Assembly (NCBI RefSeq): GCF_009914755.1
Contig: NC_060926.1
DNA from: the human T2T-CHM13v2.0 reference genome, Homo sapiens
Length of the DNA stretch: 64,000 bases
Direction: 5' to 3' (one strand)
Shown here: positions 21,826 to 44,678 of the stretch, in pieces
Layout of the letters: each line of letters opens with the position of its first letter
Numbering within the stretch: position 1 is the first letter of the stretch
Notes under the pieces: generated by a model
What the model saw: the letters and a program-made list of their open reading frames with translations, nothing else
Told to the model about the DNA's origin: nothing
Database searches by the model: none
Program-made: the position numbers and the translations under genes

Positions 21826-23487
21826 CTGAAGAGAAAAATGTTTTACTGATAAATTTTTCAAAAATATTAACAAATGTGCAAGTTGTGATTAAAACAGGTT
21901 CATTCACATTTTGTCAATAGAAGTTACATCTAACTTTAATAAATCACCTTAAGTTCTACTGAAGATTACTGTGAGTTCCCTATGTAATTATCCAGAAAGT
22001 GACAGTTATAACTGGAAGAAAAAAGGGAGATAATGTGGCAGGAGGCAATGCCAGGATAGATGTTTTATTAACAACACAGCCCTGGGAAACACAAAGGAAC
22101 TGCATTCCTGTAAAGCAGAAGGTTGCTGAGGGCTGGGCATGGAGCCGATGGATCCACTACATTCTTCTGAGATTCTTGGTCATCAATTTATTATCATCAA
22201 TGGACCCAAGATTATAAAACTCTGTTTTGGGGGCCAGGTGTTAGAGATATACATTAGGCATGCATACTTTCCCCCCTTACCTTTGCTGAGCTAGAAGGAT
22301 TAACAAGAGTTATACAAAACATCACTGTGTAAAGCATTTGAGCCATAGGTAAGTTTAATTTTCCTGTTTATTTTCATTTCTTTTAAAGCTTGAATAATAA
22401 AACTTAACACAATATAAAATAAAAACATTCTTCCTAAAATATTATAATAAAAATAGAACTACAAACTCATTAGGGATCTTTTTTCCTTTACACTTGTAGC
22501 AAAGTCAGAAAGGACAATCTTTTCTAAGAAGCAAACATCTTGATAACATCTATCATCACATAAAATCAGTCATTTATTATAAGAAAAAAAAAAGAAACTG
22601 GAAGGAAACACAGCAAACATTAATCCCATCATATGATGGACTTAATATTATGAGTGATAGAGTTCCATCTTTTTCAGTATTTCTTGAAATTTATTAAAGT
22701 CAAAATGTTTTTAAATCTAGCATCTTCAAGCCAGATAATTACTTCTAAATTGTGCTGCTTTAAATACTAAATAAGCACAAGAAAAAATAATCAAATATTA
22801 AAAGATCAACTAAAAACTCTTCCAAGAAATTCATTTAAAAACTAGAAACAGGAAACATAAATGTTATTAATAAAATTGAAAAAATAAAATGTTTGCAATT
22901 CAAGACAAATGTAACTCAAATTTCTGTTTATTCCTATAATAAAACATTCAGACTTACTATGATGCAACATAAAAATGAAAACAGGGAGTACCCACATACT
23001 AAAGTATTTAATAATAACTAATAGCTGGCCAGGTGCAGTGGCTCACACCTTTAATCCCAGCACTTTGCGAGGCCGAGGTGGGCAGATCACTTGAGGCCAG
23101 GAGTTTGAGACCAGCCCTGGGGAACATGGCAAAACCCCATTTCTACTAAAAATGCACAAATTAGCTGGGAGTGGTGGCACAGGCCTGTAATCCCAGCCAC
23201 TCGGGAGGCTGAGGCATGAGAACCGCTTGAACCCGGAAGGCAGAGGTTGTTAGTGAGCCAGGATCACACACTGCAATCCAGCCTGGCAACAGAGCGAGAC
23301 TCTGTCTCAAAATAAATAAAATTTTAAAATTACACAATAACTAAAAGCTTACAGGTGAGTAGTCAAGAACCAATAAAACTCAATCACCTTCACACAAACG
23401 GATAACAAATCTTAACTGTTTAATTTCTATCAATTGGTGATAAAGTAAAACTAATCCAAACACCTATATAATAGGCAGTATATGTAC

Positions 23488-23581
23488 CTCGGACCTGCAG
23501 ACATGACTGGACAGCTTGCTTCAGTGCAGAATTCTGTAATAGTTCCATATAACATGTTGATCTGGTTAAAGAAATCCACAG
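23488..23581 (-). CDS. MOB1A: MOB1A coding exon 3 (94 nt; [32 protein letters not shown])
   Basis: Manual translation including Cys79/Cys84; ctgcag| acceptor, |gtacat donor. Confidence 0.98.
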
Positions 23582-25358
23582 CTGCAGAGATAATAGAATT
23601 GTGTCAAAATGTCTGTGTAAACACAAAATATGAGACCTCCAGTTGAAGGAAAAACAGACAATACATTTAGGTTCTTAGCTGAACCCTTGAGACATTCAAT
23701 AATCCAATGATACTGTAACTTGTAGTATACTACACTTTTTTTTTTCTCTGAAACAGTCTTGTTCTGTTGCCCAGGCTGGTGCAATCTTGGCTCACTGCAA
23801 CCTCCGCTTCCCGGGTTCAAGCAATTCTCCTGCCTCAGCCTCCCAAGTAGTTCGGATTACAGGTGCATGCCACCACGCCCAGCTAATTTTGTTTTGGTAT
23901 TTTTAGTAGAGACAGGGTTTCACCATGTTGGCCAGGCTGGTCTTGAACTACTGACCTCATGATCCACTCGCATGTAACAGCAGGAAAATAAGATACTGGA
24001 GATAATTCTAACTTAACGATGACTATTATATCCTTTGGATATACAATATGATTACATCCAAGGGAATGAAAAATCCATAGTTTACCACTTTGGACCAGAT
24101 AATACCATTTGTGTTAGGAAAGAGACAAAACATGTTGTGGAATATACTGTGAGGGAGAAGGTGCACCAGCTGTATCCAGAGGCATTTAAAAGATCTAATT
24201 AATCATAAACATTTGTTTTTGAGGTCTACAGCATACTGAGGACAAAATACTTCAGATAAAGTCCCCTGCCCTGGAGTCTCTAGCTAACAGAAAGGACAAA
24301 ATTAAAAGAGATGAATAATATAAGATATGGCCAGGCATGGTGGCTCATGCCTGTAATCCCAGCACTTTGGGAAGCTGAGGTAGAAGGACTGGTTGAGCCC
24401 AGGAATTCAAGACCAGCCTAGGCAACAGAGTGAGATTCCATCTCTACAAAAATTTTTAAAAAATTAGCCAGGCGTGGTGGTGCACACCTACAGTCCCAGC
24501 TATGTAGGAGGCTGAGGCGAGAGGACTGCTTGAGCCCAGGAGGCTGAGGTTGCCGTGAGCTGTGATGGTGCTACTGCACTCCAGCCTGGGTGACAGAGAC
24601 ACTGTCTCAAAATAAAAATAGCAATAATAGTACAAGATATAAGAAGACAGGATCCAAAGGCCAACGATAAATGCTACAGAGAAAAGGCAAAGTCATGAAG
24701 AGTTGGAAGTAGTCAGGGGGTACTTCCTGAGGGAGCTTCAGCTAGATCCAGAATAAAATGGAAGAGGCAGGGGGTGAGTAAATAAACTTTACTGAGTGAG
24801 TATACTCTATGCAAAGAGAACCACATAAGCCTTGGAAAGTTTCAAAAAATGTTTTAGGCTAGGTGCAGTGGCTCACGCCTATAATCACAGCACTTTAAGA
24901 GGCCAGGATTTGAGACCAGTCTGGGCAACACAGCTAGACCCCGGTCTCTATTGAAAATTTTAAAAAATTAGTTAGCCATGGTGGCACACGCCTGTAGTCC
25001 CAGCTACTCAGGACGCTGAAGTGGAAGGATCCCTTGAGACTAGGAGTTCAAGGTTGCAGAGAGCTGTGAGGGTACCACTGCAGTCCAGCCTGGACAACCC
25101 TGTCTCGAAAAAATAAATAAATAAAAAGTTTTAGTCTCCTGTCTAAAGAAGTACCTAAAAACAACTAGGTATTTTCCAAGTTTCTTAAAAAACAGATAGA
25201 TTTTTTTAAAATGCTATCTTGTAAAAGGAATTTTATACAAAACTCCCTCACTTATAAATCTTCCTCTTAGTCATGTTTCTAAGAAAGTAACACTTAGGTA
25301 TTCAATATTCACTCAAAACAAAAAATATGCCCAGGTGGAAGTTGGTTTGGTCTAGAAG

Positions 25359-26507
<1,149 letters not shown>

Positions 26508-28091
26508 ATCTACAGCAGTTAAGTCTCAAAGAAAAATCTAAGGCTGAAGGTCAATAAATGACTTCAGAATAACAGATGATAATCTGAATAAAGTTTTGTT
26601 TGTTTGTTTGTTTGTTTTTGTGTGTGTGTGTTTTTTTAAGATGGAGTCTTGCTCTGTCGCCCAGGCTATAGTGCAGTGGCACAACCTCAGCTCACTGCAA
26701 CCTCCACCTCCCGGGAAGTGATTCTCCTGCCTCAGCCTCCAAGTAGCTGGGACTACAGGTGCGTGCCACCACACCTAGCTAAATTTTTGTATTTTTAGTA
26801 GAGATGGGGTTTTACCATGTTGGCCAGGATGGTCTCAATCTCCTGACCTCGTGATCCGCCTGCCTCGGCCTCCCAAAGTGCTGGGATTACAGGCGTGAGC
26901 CACCATGCCCGGCCCTGAATAAAGTTTTTTAAAAAAGGTTTTTTTTTGGCTGGGTTTTTTCCAGCACTTTGGGAGGCCATGGTGGGTGGATTACCTGAAG
27001 TCAGGAGTTCGAGACCAGCCTGGCTAACATGGCAAAACCTCGTCTCTACTAAAAATAGAAAAATTAGCCAGGTGTGGTGGCGGGCACCTGTAGTCCCAGC
27101 TACTCAGGAGGCTGAGGCAGAAGAATCACCTGAACACAGGAGGAGGAGGTTGCAATGAGCTGAGATCGCGCCAGCCTGTGCGACAGAGCAAGATTCCATC
27201 TCAAAAAAAAAAAAAAAAAAAATTAGCAGGGCATGGTGGTGTGAGCCTGTAGTCCCAGCTACTCGGACGGGTGAGGTGGGAGGATCACTTGAGTCCAGAA
27301 GTTGAGGCTGCAGTGAGCTATGATCATGTCACTGCACTCCAGCCTGGGCAACAAAGCAAGACCCCATCTCTGAAGAAAAAAAAAGAGATTCAAGAAGCAT
27401 ACACACAGGCCTCTTTGGATCCTGATTTAAACAAAGCATAGATTTTTAAAGCAAAAAAATTTTAAAAAGAAAACATTTGGCCAGGTGCGGTGGCTCACGC
27501 CTGTAATCCCTGCACTTTGGGAGGCTGAGGCGGGCAGATCACTTGAGGTCAGGAGTTCGAGACCAGCCTGGCCAACATGGCAAAACCTCCTCTCTACTAA
27601 AAATACAAAAATTAGCCGGGCGTGGTGGCGGACACCTGTAATCCCTCAGCTACTGGGGAGGCTGAGGCAGGAGAATTGCTTAAACCCGGGAGGTGGAGGT
27701 GGAGGTTGCAGTGAGCCAAGATTTCGCCACTGCACTCCAGCTTGGGTGACAGAGCAAGACTCCATCTCAAAAAATAAAATAAAAAAAAAATAAAAAATAA
27801 AAGAAACATTTATGGGACAGTCATGAAAAATGTGAACACTGACCAGATATTTGATAAGTTAAAGGAGGATGGCATTGTCATTATCTTTACAAGTTCTTGT
27901 CTTTTAGACATACCTTACTGAAATATTTATAGATAAAACATCATGTCTGGGATTTGCTTAAAATAATCAGGGTGACATATAGAAGAAGAAAAATTGGTCA
28001 CAAACTGATATTTGTTGGAGCTGGGTAATGGAATGAATACCTGGAATTCACTGTACTTAGTCTACTTTTATATGTTTGAAATTTTCCATTA

Positions 28092-28494
<403 letters not shown>

Positions 28495-29066
28495 TCATCT
28501 CAGAAATGAGAGACTCTCACATTCAAATCTCTAGCCTTAGCATATTGTCCCATGTCATGCACTTGTTCTCTTGAACTTAAAGTGACTTTCAGCTCAGATC
28601 CCTCCATTTTCTCCCAATCTCTCAATTCCCTCTGCCACTCTAAGTCACAACAATCAACTGTCCATATGAACTGCAATTGACTTTTCTGGATATGCAGGCT
28701 GATGAGTACTGCTGGGAGTGGAAGTAAAACTGTAGATGGATTTGCTACAAAGTCACAGACCACAACAGGCATAATCTTTTCATTTATCAATCTTTTATCT
28801 GACCTTACTCAGCTTTTCATACTATTCTTCTTAGAAATTGCCCAAAAGCACTCATCATTTCTCCTCAGCTCCCTCTACTCAACCTCACAAACTACCACCT
28901 AGTACTCTGAAAAGAGCAACATAGCTTTGGATGTATTTGTACTTAATGTTTCTTTACAGATAATTTGTTATATTAAAACAGTTCTAACTGTAAAAGAAAA
29001 TTCATTAACAAAGAGATTTTAGCAAAACCTTTCTAGAAAACAGCAAAGTTACATTTTAAAACTTAC

Positions 29067-29233
29067 TGTTCACAGCAATCCATTCATTGAGATCCTCTCC
29101 CTCAGGCAACATAACAGCTTGTCTCAGATTCCCACTTCCTAGAGTTGCTTCTGCATGTTTTAAGAGTTCATACTGATGAGATCCTTCAGGGATATTCTTC
29201 TTTGGTTTGAATGTTTTAGAAGAGCGGCTGCTG
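29067..29233 (-). CDS. MOB1A: MOB1A coding exon 2 (167 nt; SSRSSKTFKPKKNIPEGSHQYELLKHAEATLGSGNLRQAVMLPEGEDLNEWIAVN)
   Basis: Manual translation including the MST1/2 phosphosites Thr12 and Thr35; cttacag| acceptor, |gtaagt donor. Confidence 0.98.
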
Positions 29234-29369
29234 CTGTAAGATTAAAAGTGCAAGTATATGAATTTTTAAGACTGGAAGTAGAACAGGTAGAACAACATAA
29301 TTTTAGGTATATAAAGTAGCCTGTAAAAATAAAATAAAAAATACTCTCTGGGCCAGGCATGGTGGCTCA

Positions 29370-29666
<297 letters not shown>

Positions 29667-29825
29667 TCACAATACAAGAATGCTTTTTTTCCCCTGCCTG
29701 TAAAAGCAAGATTAGCAGCACAATTCCACAAATAAGGCAATTTTACTATGCCCTCTGAAGAAGTCTGGTACAGAGAAACATCCTGGATTTTAGTTCTTGA
29801 TCTGACACTAACTGTGTCTTCTTGA

Positions 29826-30095
<270 letters not shown>

Positions 30096-30146
30096 TGATA
30101 CACCCGCCTCAGCCTCCCAAAGTGCTATAGAAAATGATGGGGCCAT

Positions 30147-30545
<399 letters not shown>

Positions 30546-30748
30546 CTATCCTGCCCAACATGGTGAAACCCCGTCTCCACTAAAAAAAAGTACAAAAATT
30601 AGCTGGGCGTGGTGGCACACGCCTGTAGTCCCAGCTACTCGGGAAGCTGAGGCAGGAGAATGGCTTGAACCCAGGAGGCGGAGGTTGCAGTGAGCCAAGC
30701 TTGCACCACTGCACTCCAGCTTGGCAACAGAGTGAGACTCCGTCTCAA

Positions 30749-30780
<32 letters not shown>

Positions 30781-31452
30781 AAGAAAATGGTGGAGCCAAG
30801 TGCAGTCGCTCACACCTCTAATCCCAGCCATTTGAGAGACCAAGGCAGGAGGATTTCTTGAGCCCAGGAGTTTGAGACCAGCCAGGACAACATAGTAAGG
30901 CGGAATGGGGGGTGGGGAAGATAAAAAGAAAATGGCGCAGGGAGGTTTAGTTCAAAAATCCAGTATTCTATATCAAAATATTTGAGACGCCTTGAAAGCA
31001 AACCACAGTGAAAGAAACACTAACATCTTTAAGTTTATAATAGGGAAAATAAATGAGACAGGCACAACTCGTTATTGAGGAAAAAATGTTTTTATTCCTA
31101 TCTCACACCATCCATAAAGTCTTCCTACACAAAACTCAGAAACCTCAAAGAAAAAGTGGACAGATTTCAAATAGTATCAATTAAAACTTTCATAACAGAG
31201 CAAAAAGACAAGTAACCAAATAAAAGTACTTGTAACATATATTACAAAGGATGAACTGGATAATAGAGGGCTTCTGTAACTCGTTAAGAATATAAGGAAT
31301 CGTTTAGAAAAATAGGCTAAGGAGATGAATAGGCAATTCAGAAGTATGACAATCAATGAGCATGAGAAAAACTGTTCAATTAAAGTAAGATTTATTTTTT
31401 CCCTAATCTGAATGTCAAAAGTTTAAATGATTACATTAAATGTGGACTAGGG

Positions 31453-31935
31453 TAGGGGCCCCCAACCCCAAGGACACAGACTGGAGCCCACAGAAGGAGA
31501 TGAGCAGTGAGCAAGCAGCAAAGCTTCATCTGTATTTACAGCTGCTCCCCATTGCTGGCATTACCACCTGAGCTCCACCTCTTGTCATATCAGCAGAGGC
31601 ATTAGGTTCTCACAGGAGCGTGAACACTATTGTGAACTGTGCATGCAAGGGATCTAAATTGCATGTGCCTTATGAGAATCTAAAGCCTGATGATCTGTCA
31701 CTCTCTCCCATTACCCCCAGATGGGACTGTCTAGTTGCTCAGAGCTCCCACTGATTATACATTATGATGAGTGGTAGAATTATTTCATTATATATTCCAA
31801 TGTCATAATCGAAATAAAGTGCACAATCAATGTAATGCATTTGAATCATCCAGAAACCATCTCCCCAACCAGATCTGTGGAAAAATTGTCTTCCACAAAA
31901 CTGGTCCCTGGTGCCAAAAAGGTTGGGGACCACTG
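31453..31935 (+). mobile_element. MER1A (hAT-Charlie) DNA transposon inserted in an old L1
   Basis: TIRs taggggcccccaacc / ggttggggaccactg; perfect 8-bp TSD gactaggg at 31445-31452 and 31936-31943; internal aagcttcatctgtatttacagc. Confidence 0.9.
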
Positions 31936-32430
31936 GACTAGGGTACAGAGAAACTAGTATTTTAATACACTACTGGTGAAAGTATAAAGTGTAACATTTT
32001 GGGAGGGCAATATGGTAGTATCTATTAATACTGAAAAGCTCCTCAAGCCATCCATTCTACTTCTAAATATCTCCTCTAGATATGGGTAAGAATTTTTTTC
32101 CAAGATTGTTTTTAATAGGGAGAAACCTAGAAGCAATCCTCAAGTTTATCAGTAGAGGATTGAATTAAAGTATGGTACATCCATATCATGGAATATTGTA
32201 TAGAAGTTAAGAAAACCAGACAGAGTACACGTATTCACAGGGAAAGATCTAATACATGGTTAAACATAATACACAACCAAACGTACAGCAGGAGCCCATT
32301 TTGTAAATACATAGAAAATATCAAAAACTAAACTCATCAAAACTGGTGATTACTTCTAGGAAGAGGAATGGAATAGAACTATGGACTTTTACTTTACCTG
32401 AGTAATTTGGAATTTAAATAAGACTGATTA

Positions 32431-33830
<1,400 letters not shown>

Positions 33831-33837
33831 AGTTTTA

Positions 33838-34101
<264 letters not shown>

Positions 34102-34959
34102 CTAGCCTGGAGGACAGAGCGAAACTCCGTCTCAAAAAATAAAAAAAAAGAAAAAGTCTCGTATTAAGGTCCACAAAGCAACTGTGCATTCACTAATTAA
34201 ATATCAACTCGTAAGAAAAAAGTGGAGGAGGGAGGAATACTTCTATTAATATGGAAGTTAAATCTAAATCATACAGGCTTTTTGACAAGGTAATCGTATT
34301 TTAGAGACCATTCATTTACGAGAATAACCCAAAGGAGGGAAAATGAGACGCAGATAAACATATTCTGAGTAGTGCTATTTTATAATAGTAAATACTGGAA
34401 GGAATCCCAGTTTCTCACAATAAAGTGGGTAAACTCTGGTTATAAAAAATAAAAAAAAAACTATATAGTGTTTTTATATTGTATTTAATAAAAATGTCAA
34501 GCATGTGGATTACATCCATAACTAAAATTGGATAATTATTCAATCACAAAACACACATTTAAGCAATATACAAGGTAGAGAGAGACACCTAAGAATAAAA
34601 AATACTGTGCCAGAGCAATGCTTCTCAAACCTTAATGTGCATAAGAATCATCAGGGAATTTACAAGCTTTTTCATTTTAGCCTTGTTTGGTTGGGCTCAG
34701 GCATTATCTCTAAAATGAGATTCTAAGGTATGCCTATCAAGTTAATTGCTGTAGTGCACTAAAATGGCAATATTGTGTTTCTGCAATGGGACTATGAATT
34801 TGTTTTAATTTTAACTTTCCAAATTATTTATAATAATACTGCAATGTACTATATAATAATGCTGTATGGTATATTACATAATGATTAAAAACACAGGATT
34901 CTACCGAGGACAAGAGAAGTTGGTTAAAATCAAAGCCAGTAAGTGGGCAGAATCAGAAC

Positions 34960-35930
34960 TGGACAGAACGATCCGACTCCAAGGCCAGCATCTTAACTTC
35001 AAGCTTCTCAAACTGCGGCAACGCACATTCTCCTGGGGCGGCATTTAACACCGACAATAATGAAACTGGACCTATAACCGAGCAACGAGTTAAGTCGGCA
35101 AGGACGGTTTCTAGAAGCTCGAGACAAGAGAAACTGGGGGCTCGCGGCTCCGCCCCCAGATCGTCTCCCCGCCCTCGGGGGCGCTCGGGCGGAAAAGTTT
35201 GGAGGCGCGACGGCCCCGGGGCCTTTCTACTCCCCAGCCTTCACGCTCCGTTTCCTTTACTTCGACCTTCATCTCTGTCGGCCTCTCCCAACATCTCGGC
35301 CTCCCCCGCGGACCCGAACAGAGGCAAAACAAACGCCAGCTACCCCGCCCCCGCCTCGGCCCCCAGGCCGAGCCCTCGCCTCAGGTCCGGGGAGGCCTCC
35401 CCCACAACCTCGGCCCGCAGGCCCGGCGCCCGCGGCCCGACCCCACTCACAAGAGGAAGCTCATCTTCGGTCCTCAGAGGGGAGGCGAGGGGCCCCTGGC
35501 CCCCGCCTGGATCAGGATTCGGAGCTGGCGAGAGGGAGCGGACCGTCCTTAGCTCACGGGCAGCGGAAGCCGGGCCGCCGCCGCTCGGAGCCGGGTTTCT
35601 GGCCGCTGCGAGCCCTTGCAAACCTCGGCGCCCGCCTTGCCCGCCTACCCCACCTCGCAGACCCGAAATGCGGAACCAACAAAATCTCGCGAGCTAAGGT
35701 TTCGCTGCGCCGGGAGGGACTTGTCGCGCCCCCTTTCGCTCCGCCTCGTCCTAGAACTCGGCCAATCATCGCTCTCCAAGCCAGGACCTCCCTCCCCCGG
35801 AGGCGTGGCGAGGATGGCGGTCCTGCGGAAGGGGCAGTGGCTGGTCCTGCTCTTAGAGTATCTTGGTGCTGCTGGGTTTCGATCCCGCCCCCTAGGTTAT
35901 GCAGGGACCTCTATAAGCGCTGCGTACTCC
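34960..35930 (-). promoter_or_regulatory. MOB1A CpG-island promoter and 5' UTR, with TCTCGCGAG(C) BANP/ZBTB33-type motif (35685-35694), CCAAT (35762-35766) and ETS-like CGGAAG (35564-35569)
   Basis: CpG density and motifs read directly; factor assignment is from known consensus sequences. Confidence 0.88.
35451..35464 (-). CDS. MOB1A: MOB1A coding exon 1 (ATGAGCTTCCTCTT; MSFL+F); MOB kinase activator 1A, Hippo pathway
   Basis: aagATGa in a CpG island followed by |gtgagt; 14 nt joins in frame to exon 2 giving MSFLFSSRSS. Confidence 0.96.
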
Positions 35931-35939
35931 TGCAATTTT

Positions 35940-37430
<1,491 letters not shown>

Positions 37431-37932
37431 TATTAATGCCAAGTGACAGCCAAGCAACGCCTTCATTCCACCATGGTGGAATGAAGAAAACAAAAGGAAA
37501 ATAGTGGGAGACTTCAGTCATAGCTCAGCAAATGGTGGTGCAGGGTGCTCAATGTAAAGGAGTTTGCCCTGTACCTGACTGCACAATGTTCATGTTTCCA
37601 GTAATTTTATTTCATTCATATATCACTTGTCACATTAAGTTAATGATGTTAGGGCACATGAGACTGTATTAAATTATATTTACTATTTCTTGAATATATT
37701 TTTCAGTCAGTTATGTAAAGCAAATTTACATACTCTTTTTCCTCCCCTGAAAAAAATAAATTAATAATTTTAATTTTTTAAACTTTTGTAGTTTTTTGGA
37801 ATTTGATTTATAAATAAATGCGATTTGATATCGCTATATGGAAGTTACAAATATAGGAACACAGATTTAGGCCGGGCGAGGTGGCTCACACCTGTAATCC
37901 CAGCACTTTGTGAGGCTAAAGTGGGCAGATCA

Positions 37933-38220
<288 letters not shown>

Positions 38221-38966
38221 TCATAAAAACAATTTCCAAATAACATGGGAAAAAAGAAATTCATGAAAGGTTTCCCTCTTTCAATGGTATTTTTCTTCAA
38301 GTTGAAGAATCACTGAGGATAGAAGTCCAGCTATTTATAAGAAAAACCTTTCAGGATGGCTAAATTTGGTTGGGGTAGCAGGGAGGGAGGATTTCAGGGT
38401 TAGGGAAAAATCCTCAATCAATATTTAAGCACGATATCAACATAGTTCACTTAGATATCAAAGATAAGATTTTTCCAGTAAAAGAGAGAAAAAGAAATTG
38501 TTCATTGCTAATTGCTACAGGACAATTTGTTCCCTACCAGACAAGGTCTATACAAAGACCGAAGAAGTTTTATTCACTTCTTGGCTTAGCCGGCCAGAGA
38601 TCACTGCACACCATCTGGTCACAGCAGATGCTGAAAGCAGAAGCTAAGCGGCAAATTATGAGGCCTCCAGGACTAGATCTTCTGAACCTCTCCCCACCCC
38701 CCTTTCATCACACACAGTTCCCCTTTCTAGCTCCCTGAGGCAGGATTTGCAACTCTGCATTTTCATTCTGTGTAAGTGCCCATCCTATCATTTGCAAAAC
38801 TCCCGTTTTACCCTAACAACCTCACCCACACAGGGCATCTTCCCACTTTGGTCGCAGTAACGTTCCTGCCCCTCCCAGCCAGTTGGTGCTGTTGGGAGCT
38901 CAAGCTTTTTTTTTTTTTTTTAAACAAAAACAAACAAACAAAAAACTCTACTCCTGTGACAGATTA

Positions 38967-39269
<303 letters not shown>

Positions 39270-39277
39270 TTATCTCA

Positions 39278-39731
<454 letters not shown>

Positions 39732-39854
39732 TCACTTGAACCCAGTAGGCAGAGGCTGCAGTGAGCTGAGATCATACCACTGCACTCCAGCCTGGGTGAC
39801 TGAGCAAGACTCTGACTCAAAAATGAAATAAAATAGGCCAGGCGCGGTGGCTCA

Positions 39855-40115
<261 letters not shown>

Positions 40116-40131
40116 TCAAAAAAAAAAATTA

Positions 40132-40567
<436 letters not shown>

Positions 40568-40689
40568 TAGAGACAGGGTCTCACTATGGTTTTGAACTCC
40601 TGGGCTCAAGGATCCTCCCTCCTTAGTCTCCCAAATTTCTGGGATTACAGGCATGAGTGAGCCACTGTGCCTGGCAACATTTTTTTTTA

Positions 40690-42900
<2,211 letters not shown>

Positions 42901-43484
42901 TCAGGAGTGAACACCCACAAAAGACATTGGTCTAGGGGGAGGGATTCAGGCAGGAATCAAGGGTACAGATGACAATCTATGTTGCCAGGCACGGCCTGTA
43001 GTTCTCTGACTACAGAGTAGCCTTCTCTGAAGGTGCATTTTTTTTTTTTTTGTGATAGAGTCTCGCTCTGTCGTCCAGGCTGGAGTGCAGTGGTGCGATA
43101 TTAGCTCATTGCAACCTCTGCCCGATTCTCCTGTCTCAGCCTCCCGAGTAGCTGGGATTACAGGCACATGCCACCACACCCGGCTAATTTTTGCATTTTT
43201 AGTAGAGACAGGGTTTCACCATGTTGGCCAGGCTGGTCTCAAACTCCTGACCTCAGGAGATCTGCCCGCCTCGGCCTCCCAAAGTGCTGGGATTACAGGC
43301 GTGAGCCACCGTGCCTGGCCTGAAGGTGCACTTTTGAGTGAGATATGATGACAAAATTTTGGCTCATATTGTTGACAAAAATTTGCCTAATATTGTTTTC
43401 AACCGTGGAGAGACCCCAATCACCCTGAAGTTTTTTATTTTTTTGAGACAGAGTCTTGCTCTTGTCGCCCAGGCTGGAGTGTAA

Positions 43485-43649
<165 letters not shown>

Positions 43650-43660
43650 TGAACTTCTGA

Positions 43661-43978
<318 letters not shown>

Positions 43979-44109
43979 TGAACTCCTGACCTCAGGTGAT
44001 CCACCTGCCTCGGCCTCCCAAAGTGCTGGGATTTTAGGCGAGAACCACTGTGCTCAGCCAAAATGCCTCTACTTTTATATTTTTATTATTTTCCTTTGTT
44101 GTCTTAACT

Positions 44110-44600
44110 CTAACTCACTAGTTGTGTAACTAATGTAAGTTATTTAACCTCTTTGTGCCTCAGTTTCCTCATCTGCAAAATAGGAATAAGAGTAGGACCA
44201 ATGTGAAGATTAAATATGCATGTAAAATGCTCAGAACGGTAAGTGGTATATGTTGGTTATTATTATTATTTTGTTAATGTACTTTTTCCCTGCTTCCCCT
44301 CATACTGGCTATTATTATTAGTCAGAAGCTAAGGTTTGTGTTGTTGACTTCTTTCCTTCTCTCTTAAAGTTCAAAAATGATTATTTCTCTTGTATCTTAA
44401 GAAAGAAAGAAAATGGATTTGAAAATTAGATTGGCCACTTACTATCTGTGTGAGGTTACTTACCTCTTTGTGCCTCAATTTCCTCTTCTGTAGAATGAGA
44501 ATAATAGTAGTATACTGCTTTATAGGGTCATTGCGAGGATTAAGTGAGTTACTAAGCATAAAGCAGTTGGTACAGTGACTAGCACATAGTAAGGGCTAAC
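44110..44600. mobile_element. Two MIR fragments (others at about 2060-2190, 46780-47000, 57390-57570, 62090-62200)
   Basis: MIR core aacctctttgtgcctcagtttcctcatctgcaaaatagg. Confidence 0.8.
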
Positions 44601-44678
44601 TGTTAGTTACGTTGTTCTCTGCAGCAAATCATTTCTCCCAATATTGTTACTAACTTTAAAATGCTGAATGTGGAGCAT

